A DNA stretch of 64,000 bases from an uncultured Alphaproteobacteria bacterium (GTDB lineage: Bacteria > Pseudomonadota > Alphaproteobacteria > RF32 > CAG-239), in contig CALXTW010000001.1 in the NCBI GenBank assembly GCA_944391515.1, positions 1,378-65,377 on the forward strand, written 5' to 3'. The notes beneath the pieces are model-generated. The model had not been told where the DNA came from. It worked only from the letters and a program-made list of their open reading frames with translations, and did no database searches. A program made the position numbers and the translations under genes. Positions within the stretch are counted from its first letter, which is position 1. The number at the start of each line of letters is the position of its first letter. This document shows, piece by piece, positions 30,875 through 40,586 of this stretch.

Positions 30875-31711
30875 ATGAATAACGGATTGTATGTGGTTGC
30901 CACGCCGATTGGTAATTTAGATGATATTTCTAAACGCGCTCTGGAGGTTTTGACTCAAGCCGATGTGATTGCTTGCGAAGACACCAGAGTAACCAGAAAA
31001 CTCTTTGCCCTACTCTCGCTTGATGCAAACAAGCCTTTTATCACTTACCAAGACCATAATGAAGAACAACAAGCCCAAAAATTAATTGACCTCATTAATG
31101 AGGGAAAAGCACTGGCGCTCGTGAGTGATGCCGGTTCTCCTTTGATTTCAGATCCGGGATATAAACTGGTTCGGAAATGCCGTGAGCAAGGGGTTAAGGT
31201 GTGGACGGTTCCCGGGTGTTGTGCCGTAATTTCGGCTTTGCAGCTTTCAGGCTTACCGACCAATCGTTTTATGTTTGCCGGATTTATTCCCAACAAAGAA
31301 AAAGCGCGTGAAGATTTGTTTAAGGAGCTTTGCTCACTTAATTCAACCTTGGTATTTTATGAAACCGCACAGAGAATCGAAAAAACTCTTAATGTGGCGC
31401 AAAAATATTTTCAAAACCGCGAAATTGCCGTGGCAAGAGAAATCACCAAACTCTATGAAGAATGTCTTAATGGTACGGCTGAAGAGTTAATTCAACATTT
31501 TGAAAATAATCCGCCAAAAGGAGAAATGGTGTTAATGGTGGCTCCGCCTAATGAGCCTTCAGTATTGGAAATTGACATTGAAGCCCTCCTAAAAGAAAAG
31601 CTCAACAAAATGACATTAAAATCTGCCGTGAAAGAAATTGCCGATACCTATCATTTGAACAAAAATAACGTCTATGAACTGGCTTTGAAAATTAAAAATG
31701 ACCAATTATAG
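30875..31711 (+). CDS. rsmI: 16S rRNA (cytidine1402-2'-O)-methyltransferase
   Basis: LYVVATPIGNLDDIS...VIACEDTR tetrapyrrole-methylase fold signature. 278 aa. Confidence 0.85.
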   Translation: MNNGLYVVATPIGNLDDISKRALEVLTQADVIACEDTRVTRKLFALLSLDANKPFITYQDHNEEQQAQKLIDLINEGKALALVSDAGSPLISDPGYKLVRKCREQGVKVWTVPGCCAVISALQLSGLPTNRFMFAGFIPNKEKAREDLFKELCSLNSTLVFYETAQRIEKTLNVAQKYFQNREIAVAREITKLYEECLNGTAEELIQHFENNPPKGEMVLMVAPPNEPSVLEIDIEALLKEKLNKMTLKSAVKEIADTYHLNKNNVYELALKIKNDQL

Positions 31712-32051
31712 TACCGGAAAATTAGCTGAATTTTTAGCCTGCGGATTGCTCAAAACCAAAGGCTATAAAATCGTTGCCAGAAACTATAAAACCGGAAAAG
31801 GTACGCATGCAGGTGAGATTGATATTATTGCTAAAAAAGATAATCTTCTTGTCTTTGTTGAGGTAAAAAAAAGAAAAACTCTGGAAAATGCCGCTTACGC
31901 CATTTCGGAAGTTCAAAAATCTAGAATAAAAAAAGGGGCTGAGGCCTTTTTGGCGCTCAACCCTCAATTTGAAAATTGTGATATGCGATTTGATGCAATT
32001 TTAATCGCTTTTCCTCTTGATTTTCAGCATATTGAAAATGCTTGGTTCTAA
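31698..32051 (+). CDS. YraN-family (UPF0102) predicted endonuclease
   Basis: GEIDIIAKKDNLLVFVEVKKR pattern of UPF0102. 117 aa. Confidence 0.7.
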   Translation: MTNYSTGKLAEFLACGLLKTKGYKIVARNYKTGKGTHAGEIDIIAKKDNLLVFVEVKKRKTLENAAYAISEVQKSRIKKGAEAFLALNPQFENCDMRFDAILIAFPLDFQHIENAWF

Positions 32052-32809
32052 TCCAAAGAGTTTTCTATCAGGCGGTCTAAATTGGTGCGTTCGTGCACAT
32101 TATAGCCGTCAAAATCTTCTTGCAGAGGTTGGGATTTTTGCTCAGCATTTGCCTTTTTCTTGGATTTGACTTGCGGTTGAGCTAATTTTTCAAACAAATC
32201 ATCACTTGATTTGCTGGTTTTTGCTTCTTTTGGTTCCTCTTTTAGTTCTTCTTTGGTTTCATCTTCCTCTGATTTTTCTTCCTTGCCGCTAATTGTGGCA
32301 GCTTTTTCTTTGATAGAATCCAGCGTTTCTTTCGGAATCAAGTTTTCTATCGGCTCGGCAAATTCTCCGGCTAACTGAAAATATTTTGAATTCTTAAATG
32401 TTTCGGGTTGGCGCTCTTTGGGCATTATCCAACTAATTAAGATATTGAGCAAAATAACCAATAAAAAGGCTCTCATAATGCCAAAAAACAGCCCTAGCAT
32501 TCTATCCAGTGAGCTTAATTTGCTGGAGCGGATTTTATCGACAATATTGCCGGTTAAAAGTATCCAAATTACCATAAACAAAATTAAGATAAAAATAGAA
32601 GTAACAACGCCCGCTATCATCCCGCTGGCGATATATTCTTTAGTGATTGGTGTAAAGACCGGCAAAAAGTAAATGACCGCGGCAGAACCTAAAACCCAGC
32701 CGATAATTGATAAAACTTCTTTCATCAGTCCTCGGCTCAAGGCTATGAGCGCAGAAATTCCCAACATAATTAAAATGACAATATCTAAATTATTTAATGG
32801 TTGTGACAT
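32048..32809 (-). CDS. cvpA: CvpA-family membrane protein (colicin V production protein homolog) with an acidic C-terminal extension
   Basis: N-terminus LDIVILIMLGISALIALSRGLMKEVLSIIGWVLG and four predicted TM segments. Confidence 0.7.
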   Translation of the reverse strand: MSQPLNNLDIVILIMLGISALIALSRGLMKEVLSIIGWVLGSAAVIYFLPVFTPITKEYIASGMIAGVVTSIFILILFMVIWILLTGNIVDKIRSSKLSSLDRMLGLFFGIMRAFLLVILLNILISWIMPKERQPETFKNSKYFQLAGEFAEPIENLIPKETLDSIKEKAATISGKEEKSEEDETKEELKEEPKEAKTSKSSDDLFEKLAQPQVKSKKKANAEQKSQPLQEDFDGYNVHERTNLDRLIENSLD

Positions 32810-32818
32810 CTTTTTATC

Positions 32819-34189
32819 CTAATTAAACCAATTGATTAATCTTTGAACGTTACCGATTTCATAAGTATTGATATCTAAATTGTGTTTCTTTTCTTTGCTG
32901 TGGGTCGGAGGCGTAATGGCACTGTGAAATCCTAGCTTATAAGCCTCTTTTAGGCGCGCATTGGGTTGAGATACGGCGCGGATTTCTCCTGACAAGCCGA
33001 TTTCACCAAAAATGACCGCGTCCGCCGGCAAAGGCTTGTTGGTCAGCGAAGAAATTACAGCCATGGCTACCGCTAAATCTGCGGCCGGTTCCGAAATTTT
33101 TAGGCCGCCGGCAATATTCAAATAAACATCTTGGGAGCTTAAATTCATTCCGCAACGGGCTTCTAACACAGCTAAAACCATTGCCAAACGATTAGAATCC
33201 CATCCGACGACCGCACGTTTGGGGCTGGCATAGCCGGTTGGGCTTACGAGAGCTTGAATCTCTACCAAAACAGGTCTGGAACCTTCAATACCGGCAAAAA
33301 CGCATGAGCCGGAAATGTTTCCCTGACGCTCTGCCAAAAACAGAGCTGACGGATTTTCAACTTCTACCAAGCCTTGGTCTTGCATTTCAAAAACACCGAT
33401 TTCATCCGTGGCGCCGTAACGGTTCTTGACAGCACGCAAAATACGGAAATGGTGTCCTCTTTCGCCTTCAAAATACAAGACAGTATCAACCATGTGTTCC
33501 AATACACGAGGACCGGCAATTGAGCCTTGTTTGGTGACGTGTCCTACCAAAAAGAGGGTAAAACCCTTCTTTTTAGCTAGTTTTATCAGCTCATAAGCAC
33601 AAGCTCTGACTTGCGTGACACTGCCCGGAGTGGATTCAACTTCTTCCAAATACATGGTTTGTATTGAATCGATTATCACCACAGCGGCTTGAGATGCCTC
33701 TAAGGTGGTGATGATATCTTTGACATTGGTGGCTGAGGTCAATTTGACCGGAGATTTTTCAAGCTGCAAACGCTTGGCGCGAATCCGAACCTGATCAATC
33801 GCTTCCTCTCCGGAAATATAATAACACTCATGGTCTCCTGTTTGATTAGCTATGCTGGCGCAAGTTTGCAATAACAATGTTGATTTACCAATACCTGGGT
33901 CGCCACCTACCAAAATTGCTGAACCGGGGACTAAGCCCCCGCCGCAAACTCGGTCTAATTCTTTAATACCGGTAACAAGGCGGGTGAGAGCTTCTTGCGA
34001 ACCGCTTAAGGGCACAAATTCCAAAATGCGCCCTTTTTTCTTAGGTGCAAGGTTGGAAAAACCTTCACCTCCGACTTGCTCTTCAACAATCGAGTTCCAC
34101 TCGCCGCAAGAATCACATTTGCCCTGCCACTTGGGATAAACCGCTCCGCAATTTTGACAAACAAACTCGCTGCCACCCTTTTTTGCCAT
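32819..34189 (-). CDS. radA: DNA repair protein RadA/Sms
   Basis: N-terminal C4 zinc finger CQNCGA...CDSCGEWN. Walker A GGDPGIGKSTLLLQ. KNRYG motif. Lon-like C-terminus. Confidence 0.9.
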   Translation of the reverse strand: MAKKGGSEFVCQNCGAVYPKWQGKCDSCGEWNSIVEEQVGGEGFSNLAPKKKGRILEFVPLSGSQEALTRLVTGIKELDRVCGGGLVPGSAILVGGDPGIGKSTLLLQTCASIANQTGDHECYYISGEEAIDQVRIRAKRLQLEKSPVKLTSATNVKDIITTLEASQAAVVIIDSIQTMYLEEVESTPGSVTQVRACAYELIKLAKKKGFTLFLVGHVTKQGSIAGPRVLEHMVDTVLYFEGERGHHFRILRAVKNRYGATDEIGVFEMQDQGLVEVENPSALFLAERQGNISGSCVFAGIEGSRPVLVEIQALVSPTGYASPKRAVVGWDSNRLAMVLAVLEARCGMNLSSQDVYLNIAGGLKISEPAADLAVAMAVISSLTNKPLPADAVIFGEIGLSGEIRAVSQPNARLKEAYKLGFHSAITPPTHSKEKKHNLDINTYEIGNVQRLINWFN

Positions 34190-34192
34190 GGC

Positions 34193-34957
34193 TTAAACCT
34201 CTACTTTTATCGGACCTTGTGAACAACCGTTTATAAACTGGCGAACATACGGGTTATCGGTTTTATCCATCTCTTTTACCGTACCTTGCCAGATGATTTT
34301 GCCTTTATAGAGCATGGCAATTTTATCGGCTATTTTACGAGCAGAGGCCATATCATGTGTAATAGTCAAAGCCGTTGCGCCTAAGCCTTTAACGGATTCA
34401 ATAATCAAATCATTAATTACGTCTGACATAATCGGATCCAAACCCGTGGTCGGTTCATCAAAAAAGATGATTTCCGGACGGGTGGCAATAGCTCTGGCCA
34501 AACCAACACGCTTTTGCATACCTCCCGAAAGCTCTGACGGCGAAAGGTCGGCAACATCGGGGGCAAGCCCTACTTGGCGCAAAACCCGAATAGCCTCGCT
34601 TTTGGCTTGTTTTTTTGGCATATCTTGATTTTCAATCAAACCAAAAGCAACGTTTTCCCATACGCTTAAACTATCAAACAATGCACCACCTTGGAACAAC
34701 ATTCCCATCTTGGCGTGCATTGCCTCTACTTGTTTGCGCGGGGCGCCGACAACTTCTTCTTCATCTACTTTGATAGACCCGCTATCAGCATTAAGCAGGC
34801 CTTGGATACATTTGATTAAAACCGATTTTCCGGTACCAGAACCTCCGATAACAACCAGAGATTCTCCTCTTTTTATATCCAAATCTATTCCGTCTAATAC
34901 AACCTTTTTACCAAAAGCCTTGGAGAGATTGCGAATTTCAATTTTATTTTCGTTCAT
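34193..34957 (-). CDS. ABC transporter ATP-binding protein, MlaF-like
   Basis: Walker A GGSGTGKSV. ABC signature LSGGMQKRVGLARA. Walker B IIFFDEPT. Adjacent to the MlaE permease. Confidence 0.75.
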   Translation of the reverse strand: MNENKIEIRNLSKAFGKKVVLDGIDLDIKRGESLVVIGGSGTGKSVLIKCIQGLLNADSGSIKVDEEEVVGAPRKQVEAMHAKMGMLFQGGALFDSLSVWENVAFGLIENQDMPKKQAKSEAIRVLRQVGLAPDVADLSPSELSGGMQKRVGLARAIATRPEIIFFDEPTTGLDPIMSDVINDLIIESVKGLGATALTITHDMASARKIADKIAMLYKGKIIWQGTVKEMDKTDNPYVRQFINGCSQGPIKVEV

Positions 34958-34975
34958 AGCCTTTTCTCCTTGCTC

Positions 34976-35767
34976 TTATTTGGTAAAGAACATACCGGTG
35001 ATGATGTAGTTGAAGATTAAAATCAAAATTGAAGAGGCAACAACTGCGTTGGTGGTTGCATCACCGACGCCTTGGGCTCCGCCTTTTGATTTGTAACCAT
35101 TATAGCAGCCCATTAAAGAAATGATAAAGCCAAAGACTGCACCTTTGGTAATACCAATCATGATATCGATTGATTGCAGCTCATTGATGGTGGAGTTGAT
35201 GTAGTTGGCTGGGTTGAAACCTAATTGATAGATAGCAACAACGTAACCTCCGAAAATACCGATAATATCACCGATTAAAACCAATAAAGGCAAAACAATA
35301 ACACCAGCTAAAAGTCTTGGGGCAACCAAGTACTTGAACGGGTTGGTGGACAAGGTAACTAAGGCATCAATTTGTTCAGTAACACGCATGGTTCCGATTT
35401 CGGCAGCCATGGCGGCACCAATTCGACCGGCAACCATCAGACCACAGAATACCGGTGCCAACTCACGCGTTACGGCAATCAACACAACCTGCGCAACCGC
35501 ACTTTCGGCACCATAGCTTGAAAAACCGGAATAGGTTTGCAGTGCAATTACCATACCTGCAAAAATTGTGGTTAAAGCCACAACCGGTAAAGAATAAAAG
35601 CCGATATCCATTAATTGGCGACCTACCAGACGCAGATAAAACGGCGGTGTTACGGTGTGATACAGAGATTGTGCAATAAATTGCGATAGTTGCCCTAGTC
35701 TAAAGATAAAGGAAACCAACGGTTTTCCCAGTTTACGTAAAGAATTTTCGATGATTTTTCCCAGCAT
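34976..35767 (-). CDS. ABC transporter permease, MlaE-like
   Basis: Polytopic membrane protein with the MlaE family pattern (ALQTYSGFSSYGAE...). 263 aa. Confidence 0.75.
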   Translation of the reverse strand: MLGKIIENSLRKLGKPLVSFIFRLGQLSQFIAQSLYHTVTPPFYLRLVGRQLMDIGFYSLPVVALTTIFAGMVIALQTYSGFSSYGAESAVAQVVLIAVTRELAPVFCGLMVAGRIGAAMAAEIGTMRVTEQIDALVTLSTNPFKYLVAPRLLAGVIVLPLLVLIGDIIGIFGGYVVAIYQLGFNPANYINSTINELQSIDIMIGITKGAVFGFIISLMGCYNGYKSKGGAQGVGDATTNAVVASSILILIFNYIITGMFFTK

Positions 35768-35837
35768 TATCTTTCTTTCATTAAAAAAGTTAGAATTTTA
35801 GGTATATTAGAGCCTATGCGCTGAAAAATCAACCAAC

Positions 35838-36263
35838 TTATGAATTTTCATCACAAGCCAACGCAACTTTATGAACTGCCGATAATTCAAACGGATAGAG
35901 GCGAATTTTTTTTATTTTTGTGCCTAAGAGGGTGATTTTTTCATCTTGAGGCAGGCGTTCTATTTCTTCTAAATTGTTTGTTAATTCAATAACTAAGGAT
36001 ATTTTGGTTTGTTCTTTATGGGGCATTTTAACAATACCTATCCCCCTCACCTCAAGCAAGCCTTGAATTGTTTGAGGGCAAGTGGCGACAACTTCCCCAG
36101 AAATAAGCTCTACATCTGTTCGGTCATCCGCAATTAATTTGGCTTGCTTTTCTTTAATTAAGCGTAGAGCTAGGTCAGATTTTCCGCTTCCTGAAGGACC
36201 TATGAGGAGTATTCCTTTATGGTTTAGCTCAAGACAGGTTGCGTATATATTTTCCATCATCAA
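35838..36263 (-). CDS. hprK: HPr kinase/phosphorylase, short alphaproteobacterial form (C-terminal domain only)
   Basis: P-loop GILLIGPSGSGKSDLAL. LEVRGIGIV signature. 141 aa. Confidence 0.8.
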   Translation of the reverse strand: MMMENIYATCLELNHKGILLIGPSGSGKSDLALRLIKEKQAKLIADDRTDVELISGEVVATCPQTIQGLLEVRGIGIVKMPHKEQTKISLVIELTNNLEEIERLPQDEKITLLGTKIKKIRLYPFELSAVHKVALACDENS

Positions 36264-36266
36264 ACC

Positions 36267-36713
36267 TTATAAAGAGCTAAAGCGCGCAAGGCGTTGCTCA
36301 TCTTTGCTCTCGAGCGTAATTTTCCGGCCGTTACCGCAAGGCGTGATATTTATTTTTATGCAATTCCTCGGTAAATATCCACCCATTTTTTCCGGCCACT
36401 CAATCAAACAGACACCGCAAGCCATTGCCTCCTCCATATTCAACTCAAATATCTCTTCGGCTGATTTGAGGCGGTATAAGTCATAGTGGTATATCTCAAA
36501 GTCCGGCGCATCATAAGTTTGCAATAAAGTAAAGGTTGGGCTAGGGACTTCTTCGGCTGCTGTTAAACTTTGGATGAATGCACGAGCAAAAACCGATTTC
36601 CCCATACCCAAAGTTCCAAATAAAGCAAAGACATCACCTGGTTTGGCAAGAGCGGCAAATTTTTGTGCCAATTTCTCGGTTGCTTCAATATTCGGGCAGA
36701 TAAAGTCTGTCAT
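36267..36713 (-). CDS. tsaE: tRNA threonylcarbamoyladenosine biosynthesis ATPase TsaE
   Basis: GDVFALFGTLGMGKSVFARAFI P-loop. HYDLYRL motif. 148 aa. Confidence 0.8.
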   Translation of the reverse strand: MTDFICPNIEATEKLAQKFAALAKPGDVFALFGTLGMGKSVFARAFIQSLTAAEEVPSPTFTLLQTYDAPDFEIYHYDLYRLKSAEEIFELNMEEAMACGVCLIEWPEKMGGYLPRNCIKINITPCGNGRKITLESKDEQRLARFSSL

Positions 36714-36716
36714 TTT

Positions 36717-37715
36717 TTATATTCCAAATATGTTATCGCGACGTTTTTTAGGTTTGATTACTTTGATTTTTGGTTTTTGTGCTTGAAGTGCACGCCAGTC
36801 TTCGGGCATATAGAATTTTCCTTGCCAGAGACCATGGCCGTTTCTTTGAGCTTGTTGCTGATATGGCATATAAATATCCGTATATTTGGTGTAAGCAACC
36901 GCCCATCCGGCATTAACCAATGCGGCACCCAAGTCATATTGCCCTAAAGAACAAGTTCCGACCATATTGCCCTTTTCGTCTTGTTGCATAATGTGACAAG
37001 TTAAAGGATTATCTCCTATCCAGCCTTTAAGCCATAAAGCTGCCTGACGACCGCAATTATATGAACGACCGCTCTTATCGGCACAGGTTTGGCTGATTTC
37101 AGGTGCATCAATACCATATAATTTGAAGTAACGACCTTGGATTTGCAAGGTATCACCGTTCATAACTTTGGCCGAACTTCTAAATGTCGGCAAGGCATTC
37201 ATATCAATCCCTTGATTTTGCGGAGCAGATTGAGCCCCTCCACCAATGGCATTCATAAACTGTTGGAAAGAGCTAACTTGAGGTTCTTGCGCCGGAGCAG
37301 GTTGATTATTAGCCGGTTGAGAATTGAAATTTTCTCCTAAAGGCGGCAATTCCCCATCTAAAAGCTGAACTTGAGCATTTGCTTGAGGGGCTTGTCCTTG
37401 ACCTGACATAGCAAAATTTTGAGAACGTCCTAAAAAGCTTTGTAAATTTTTACCAATGCCGTTAAATCCGTCCTTAAATGCGCCAATAGCATAAAGAATA
37501 AAAGCTATAACACCAATTACGGCAATAAAAGAAGGAATACATCCCATGGCGCGCCAGGCCATTTTGGTAAAGATATACAAGGCTATCAAACCAATGATTA
37601 AACCTATAAAACCGCCGCCTTGTAACACCAGATTACTGCTTTGTGTGCCACTGCCTCCAACAAGTATTAATATCAGTGCACCCATTCCCCATAAAAACTT
37701 TTTCAGAAACAGCAT
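36717..37715 (-). CDS. Membrane-anchored thermonuclease (SNase-like) domain protein with a Q/P/A-rich linker
   Basis: N-terminal TM helices. Low-complexity linker (QGQAPQANAQ...NNQPAPAQEPQ). C-terminal GDTLQIQGRYFKLYGIDAPE...CSLGQYDLGAALVNAGWA matches the staphylococcal nuclease fold. Confidence 0.6.
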   Translation of the reverse strand: MLFLKKFLWGMGALILILVGGSGTQSSNLVLQGGGFIGLIIGLIALYIFTKMAWRAMGCIPSFIAVIGVIAFILYAIGAFKDGFNGIGKNLQSFLGRSQNFAMSGQGQAPQANAQVQLLDGELPPLGENFNSQPANNQPAPAQEPQVSSFQQFMNAIGGGAQSAPQNQGIDMNALPTFRSSAKVMNGDTLQIQGRYFKLYGIDAPEISQTCADKSGRSYNCGRQAALWLKGWIGDNPLTCHIMQQDEKGNMVGTCSLGQYDLGAALVNAGWAVAYTKYTDIYMPYQQQAQRNGHGLWQGKFYMPEDWRALQAQKPKIKVIKPKKRRDNIFGI

Positions 37716-37941
37716 CTTTGTCTTCCCTCAAGTTAAATTTGTTTTATTAGAACATATCTCTTATTAAAAATCTATTATATTTTTATCATCCTTTCGTAAA
37801 GATATCGTTAGTTTTTACCTTTTTCATTGATTTTAATTTTACGCCTGATTTTTTGCCCTTACAGGGGATTTACTCCTTTTTATGTATACTTTATTAAAAA
37901 AATTTAAATCACACCCTCATTGCTCATTTTTCAAAGGCACA

Positions 37942-37972
37942 AAAAAGCGGGAGATTTGCTCCCGCTTTTTTA
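37942..37972 (-). terminator. Bidirectional rho-independent terminator after parB
   Basis: aaagcgggag atttg ctcccgcttt flanked by A/T runs on both sides. Confidence 0.45.
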
Positions 37973-37992
37973 TTAAATTTCAATTAGTTAGA

Positions 37993-39027
37993 CTAATCTA
38001 TAACCTTAATTGAAAATTTTTCATTGGAAACTGTTGTCGGGGTGACAGGTTCTGATGGCTGAAAGCCCAGACTGTGACGCTCATTCGACTTCTTTTGTTC
38101 CAAAATATCTATAATCATATCCAATTCGGCCGGAGAGGCATATTGTAATACAACCTTACCGCCGCCTTGTTTGCTTGGTGATATTTTAATTCTTAAACCA
38201 AGATTTTTGTTTAAGTCTTTTTCTATGTCCACCAAGTCATTATCTTTGGGTGTTTTTGCTTGAGGCTCTTTTTTGCCTTCTTTTTGTTTGGCAACCAACT
38301 CCTCAACCTGTCGAACACTCAAATCTTTTGATATTATTTGGTTTGCCAAGGCTTCGGCATTTTCTAATCCAACCAAAGCTCTGGCATGACCAGCGCTCAA
38401 TTTGCCTTCTTTTACCAGATGCTGTACTTTTTCAGGAAGATTAAGCAAACGAAGCGTATTTGCAATATGGCTTCTGGATTTACCAATGATTTGCGACAAA
38501 GCCTCTTGCGTGTGCGCAAACTCGTCGATTAATCTTTGTAATCCTTCCGCCTCTTCTATTGCCGACAGATTTTCTCTTAACAAGTTTTCAACTAAAGCCA
38601 CCTCTAAGACTTCTTTATCAGATAAGTCTTTTTCTATGACCGGAACTTTGTCAAGTCCTGCCAATTTTGATGCACGCCAACGGCGTTCACCGGCAATGAT
38701 TTCATACCCTATTCCCGTACGACGAACCAATAATGGTTGCAAGACGCCTTTTTCTTTAATGGAATCGGCAAGAGATTGCAGCGCCTCTTCATCAAACTCC
38801 GTACGCGGTTGAAATTTTCCGGGTTGGAGTAAATCTATATCTACTAAATTTGAACCCGATAAATTCGGTGCCAGTGATGATAAATCTTCATTTTCATTCA
38901 TATCCAAATCGTCATCACCCAAAAGAGCTCCTAAACCTCTACCTAAGCTCTTACGCTTATGAGAATGATTATCCGACGTTTCAATATTATTCAGCATTTT
39001 ATCTATTTCTTTTTCTTCTTCTAGCAT
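37993..39027 (-). CDS. parB: Chromosome partitioning protein ParB
   Basis: ParB box GERRWRASKLAGL and an HTH region. 344 aa. Confidence 0.9.
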   Translation of the reverse strand: MLEEEKEIDKMLNNIETSDNHSHKRKSLGRGLGALLGDDDLDMNENEDLSSLAPNLSGSNLVDIDLLQPGKFQPRTEFDEEALQSLADSIKEKGVLQPLLVRRTGIGYEIIAGERRWRASKLAGLDKVPVIEKDLSDKEVLEVALVENLLRENLSAIEEAEGLQRLIDEFAHTQEALSQIIGKSRSHIANTLRLLNLPEKVQHLVKEGKLSAGHARALVGLENAEALANQIISKDLSVRQVEELVAKQKEGKKEPQAKTPKDNDLVDIEKDLNKNLGLRIKISPSKQGGGKVVLQYASPAELDMIIDILEQKKSNERHSLGFQPSEPVTPTTVSNEKFSIKVID

Positions 39028-39800
39028 GCCATTAATTCCTTCTCTCTTTTCAATACTTCGCCGGTTAAACTAATATATGCTTGGGAGCCGGGGCATTTGA
39101 AATCATAAATCAAAACCGGTTTGCCGTGCGATGGTGCTTCGGAAATTCTGACATTCCGCGGAATAACGGTTTGATAAACCTTTTTACCAAAGAAACTTCT
39201 AACATCATCTTCTACCATTTGAGTCAAATTATTGCGTTTGTCATACATGGTGAGAACGACACCTTGTAATTCAAGTTTCGGATTAAATTTCTTTTTGATT
39301 TGGTTGATGTTGCGAATTAAATCGGTGATACCTTCAAGCGCTAAAAACTCGCATTGCAAAGGCACGATAACGGCATCAGCAGCAACAAGCGCATTTATCG
39401 TAACCAAACTCAATGAAGGAGGGCAATCTATTAATATATAGTCATAATTAACAGCGTCTCTTTGCAGAGCTTTTTTTAGTGCAAATTCACGATTGTCAAT
39501 TTCTACCAATTCAACCTCGGCACCTGCCAAATCAGGCGAAGATGGCACGAGAGAAAAATTAGGAATCTCTGTCCAGACAACAGCCTCAGAAATTCTTTTT
39601 TCGCCAAGCAAAACTTCATAAGAAGAAGCCATACGTCCACTCTTATTAATGCCCATTGAGGTGGTGGCGTTTCCTTGCGGATCCAAATCAACTACCAGTA
39701 CTTTCTTTCCGGCGGCAGCCATAGCTGTTGCAACATTTACCGTCGTGGTCGTTTTACCAACTCCGCCTTTACGGTTGGCAATGGCAATAATTCTTGGCAT
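39021..39800 (-). CDS. parA: Chromosome partitioning ATPase ParA
   Basis: Deviant Walker A IANRKGGVGKTTT. 259 aa. Upstream of parB. Confidence 0.9.
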   Translation of the reverse strand: MPRIIAIANRKGGVGKTTTTVNVATAMAAAGKKVLVVDLDPQGNATTSMGINKSGRMASSYEVLLGEKRISEAVVWTEIPNFSLVPSSPDLAGAEVELVEIDNREFALKKALQRDAVNYDYILIDCPPSLSLVTINALVAADAVIVPLQCEFLALEGITDLIRNINQIKKKFNPKLELQGVVLTMYDKRNNLTQMVEDDVRSFFGKKVYQTVIPRNVRISEAPSHGKPVLIYDFKCPGSQAYISLTGEVLKREKELMAC

Positions 39801-40426
39801 TATTTAACTCCTTTAAGTTTTGCTAATTTGGTTATGACTAAAATGACACCCTCTGACGAAGTTTCGCTCGGGTGAATTTGACACTCAAAACGCCAATGTT
39901 TTTTGGCTTCATCAATTTCTTCTTGATACTTTTTACCTTTGGGAAAAATACATATCGTATCTTTTTTACAAAATGGATATGTATATTCCAACAAATCTTT
40001 CAAAGATGTCATCGCTCGTGAAGTAACAACATCAACTTTGTTTTTGGGAAGCGATTCGATTCTTTGATTGAGAATTTCAACATTTACAGAACAAATTTCC
40101 GACACATGTTTTAAATACAGTGTTTTTTTATTAATACTTTCAATCAAGCTTACTTTTAAATACGGTGTTTTTTCTGCAGCCATAATTGCCAACACCATTC
40201 CGGGGAAACCAGCGCCAGACCCAAAGTCATAAAGGTTTTGCGCTGATTGAGGAATATATTTAAAAAGCTGCATCGAGTCGATAAAGTGACGATTCCACGC
40301 ATCTTCTAAAGAGGATTTACTTACCAAGTTAAACTTATTTTGCCACTCTTGGAGAGAGGTTTCATAAGCTCTTAACTTGAGCATTGTTTCACGTGAAACA
40401 TCATATTTTTGCATTTCGTTTTCCAT
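39800..40426 (-). CDS. rsmG: 16S rRNA (guanine527-N7)-methyltransferase
   Basis: DFGSGAGFPGMVLAI SAM motif. GidB family. Synteny with parAB. Confidence 0.85.
   Translation of the reverse strand: MENEMQKYDVSRETMLKLRAYETSLQEWQNKFNLVSKSSLEDAWNRHFIDSMQLFKYIPQSAQNLYDFGSGAGFPGMVLAIMAAEKTPYLKVSLIESINKKTLYLKHVSEICSVNVEILNQRIESLPKNKVDVVTSRAMTSLKDLLEYTYPFCKKDTICIFPKGKKYQEEIDEAKKHWRFECQIHPSETSSEGVILVITKLAKLKGVK
40110..40123 (+). repeat. Copy of the 14-bp motif TTTAAATACAGTGT (inside rsmG)
   Basis: Exact match. Encodes TLYLK in rsmG. Confidence 0.8.
40155..40168 (+). repeat. Copy of the 14-bp motif, G variant TTTAAATACGGTGT (inside rsmG)
   Basis: One substitution. Encodes TPYLK. Lies 32 nt from the previous copy. 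Confidence 0.8.
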
Positions 40427-40568
40427 ACAAAAATTTATATATTTTTTATAAAAAATTTAAAAGATTTTTATATGAGTTATAAACACATTATTTAAGCAAT
40501 TTTAAAATTATTTTAAATTCAATTAGATAATCATCTATATTGAATCTGTACCTTAATATTTTAAGATT

Positions 40569-40582
40569 TTTAAATACAGTGT
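40569..40582 (+). repeat. Copy of the 14-bp motif TTTAAATACAGTGT (intergenic, rsmG promoter region)
   Basis: Exact match in a non-coding AT-rich spacer. Confidence 0.8.
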
Positions 40583-40586
40583 TTTG

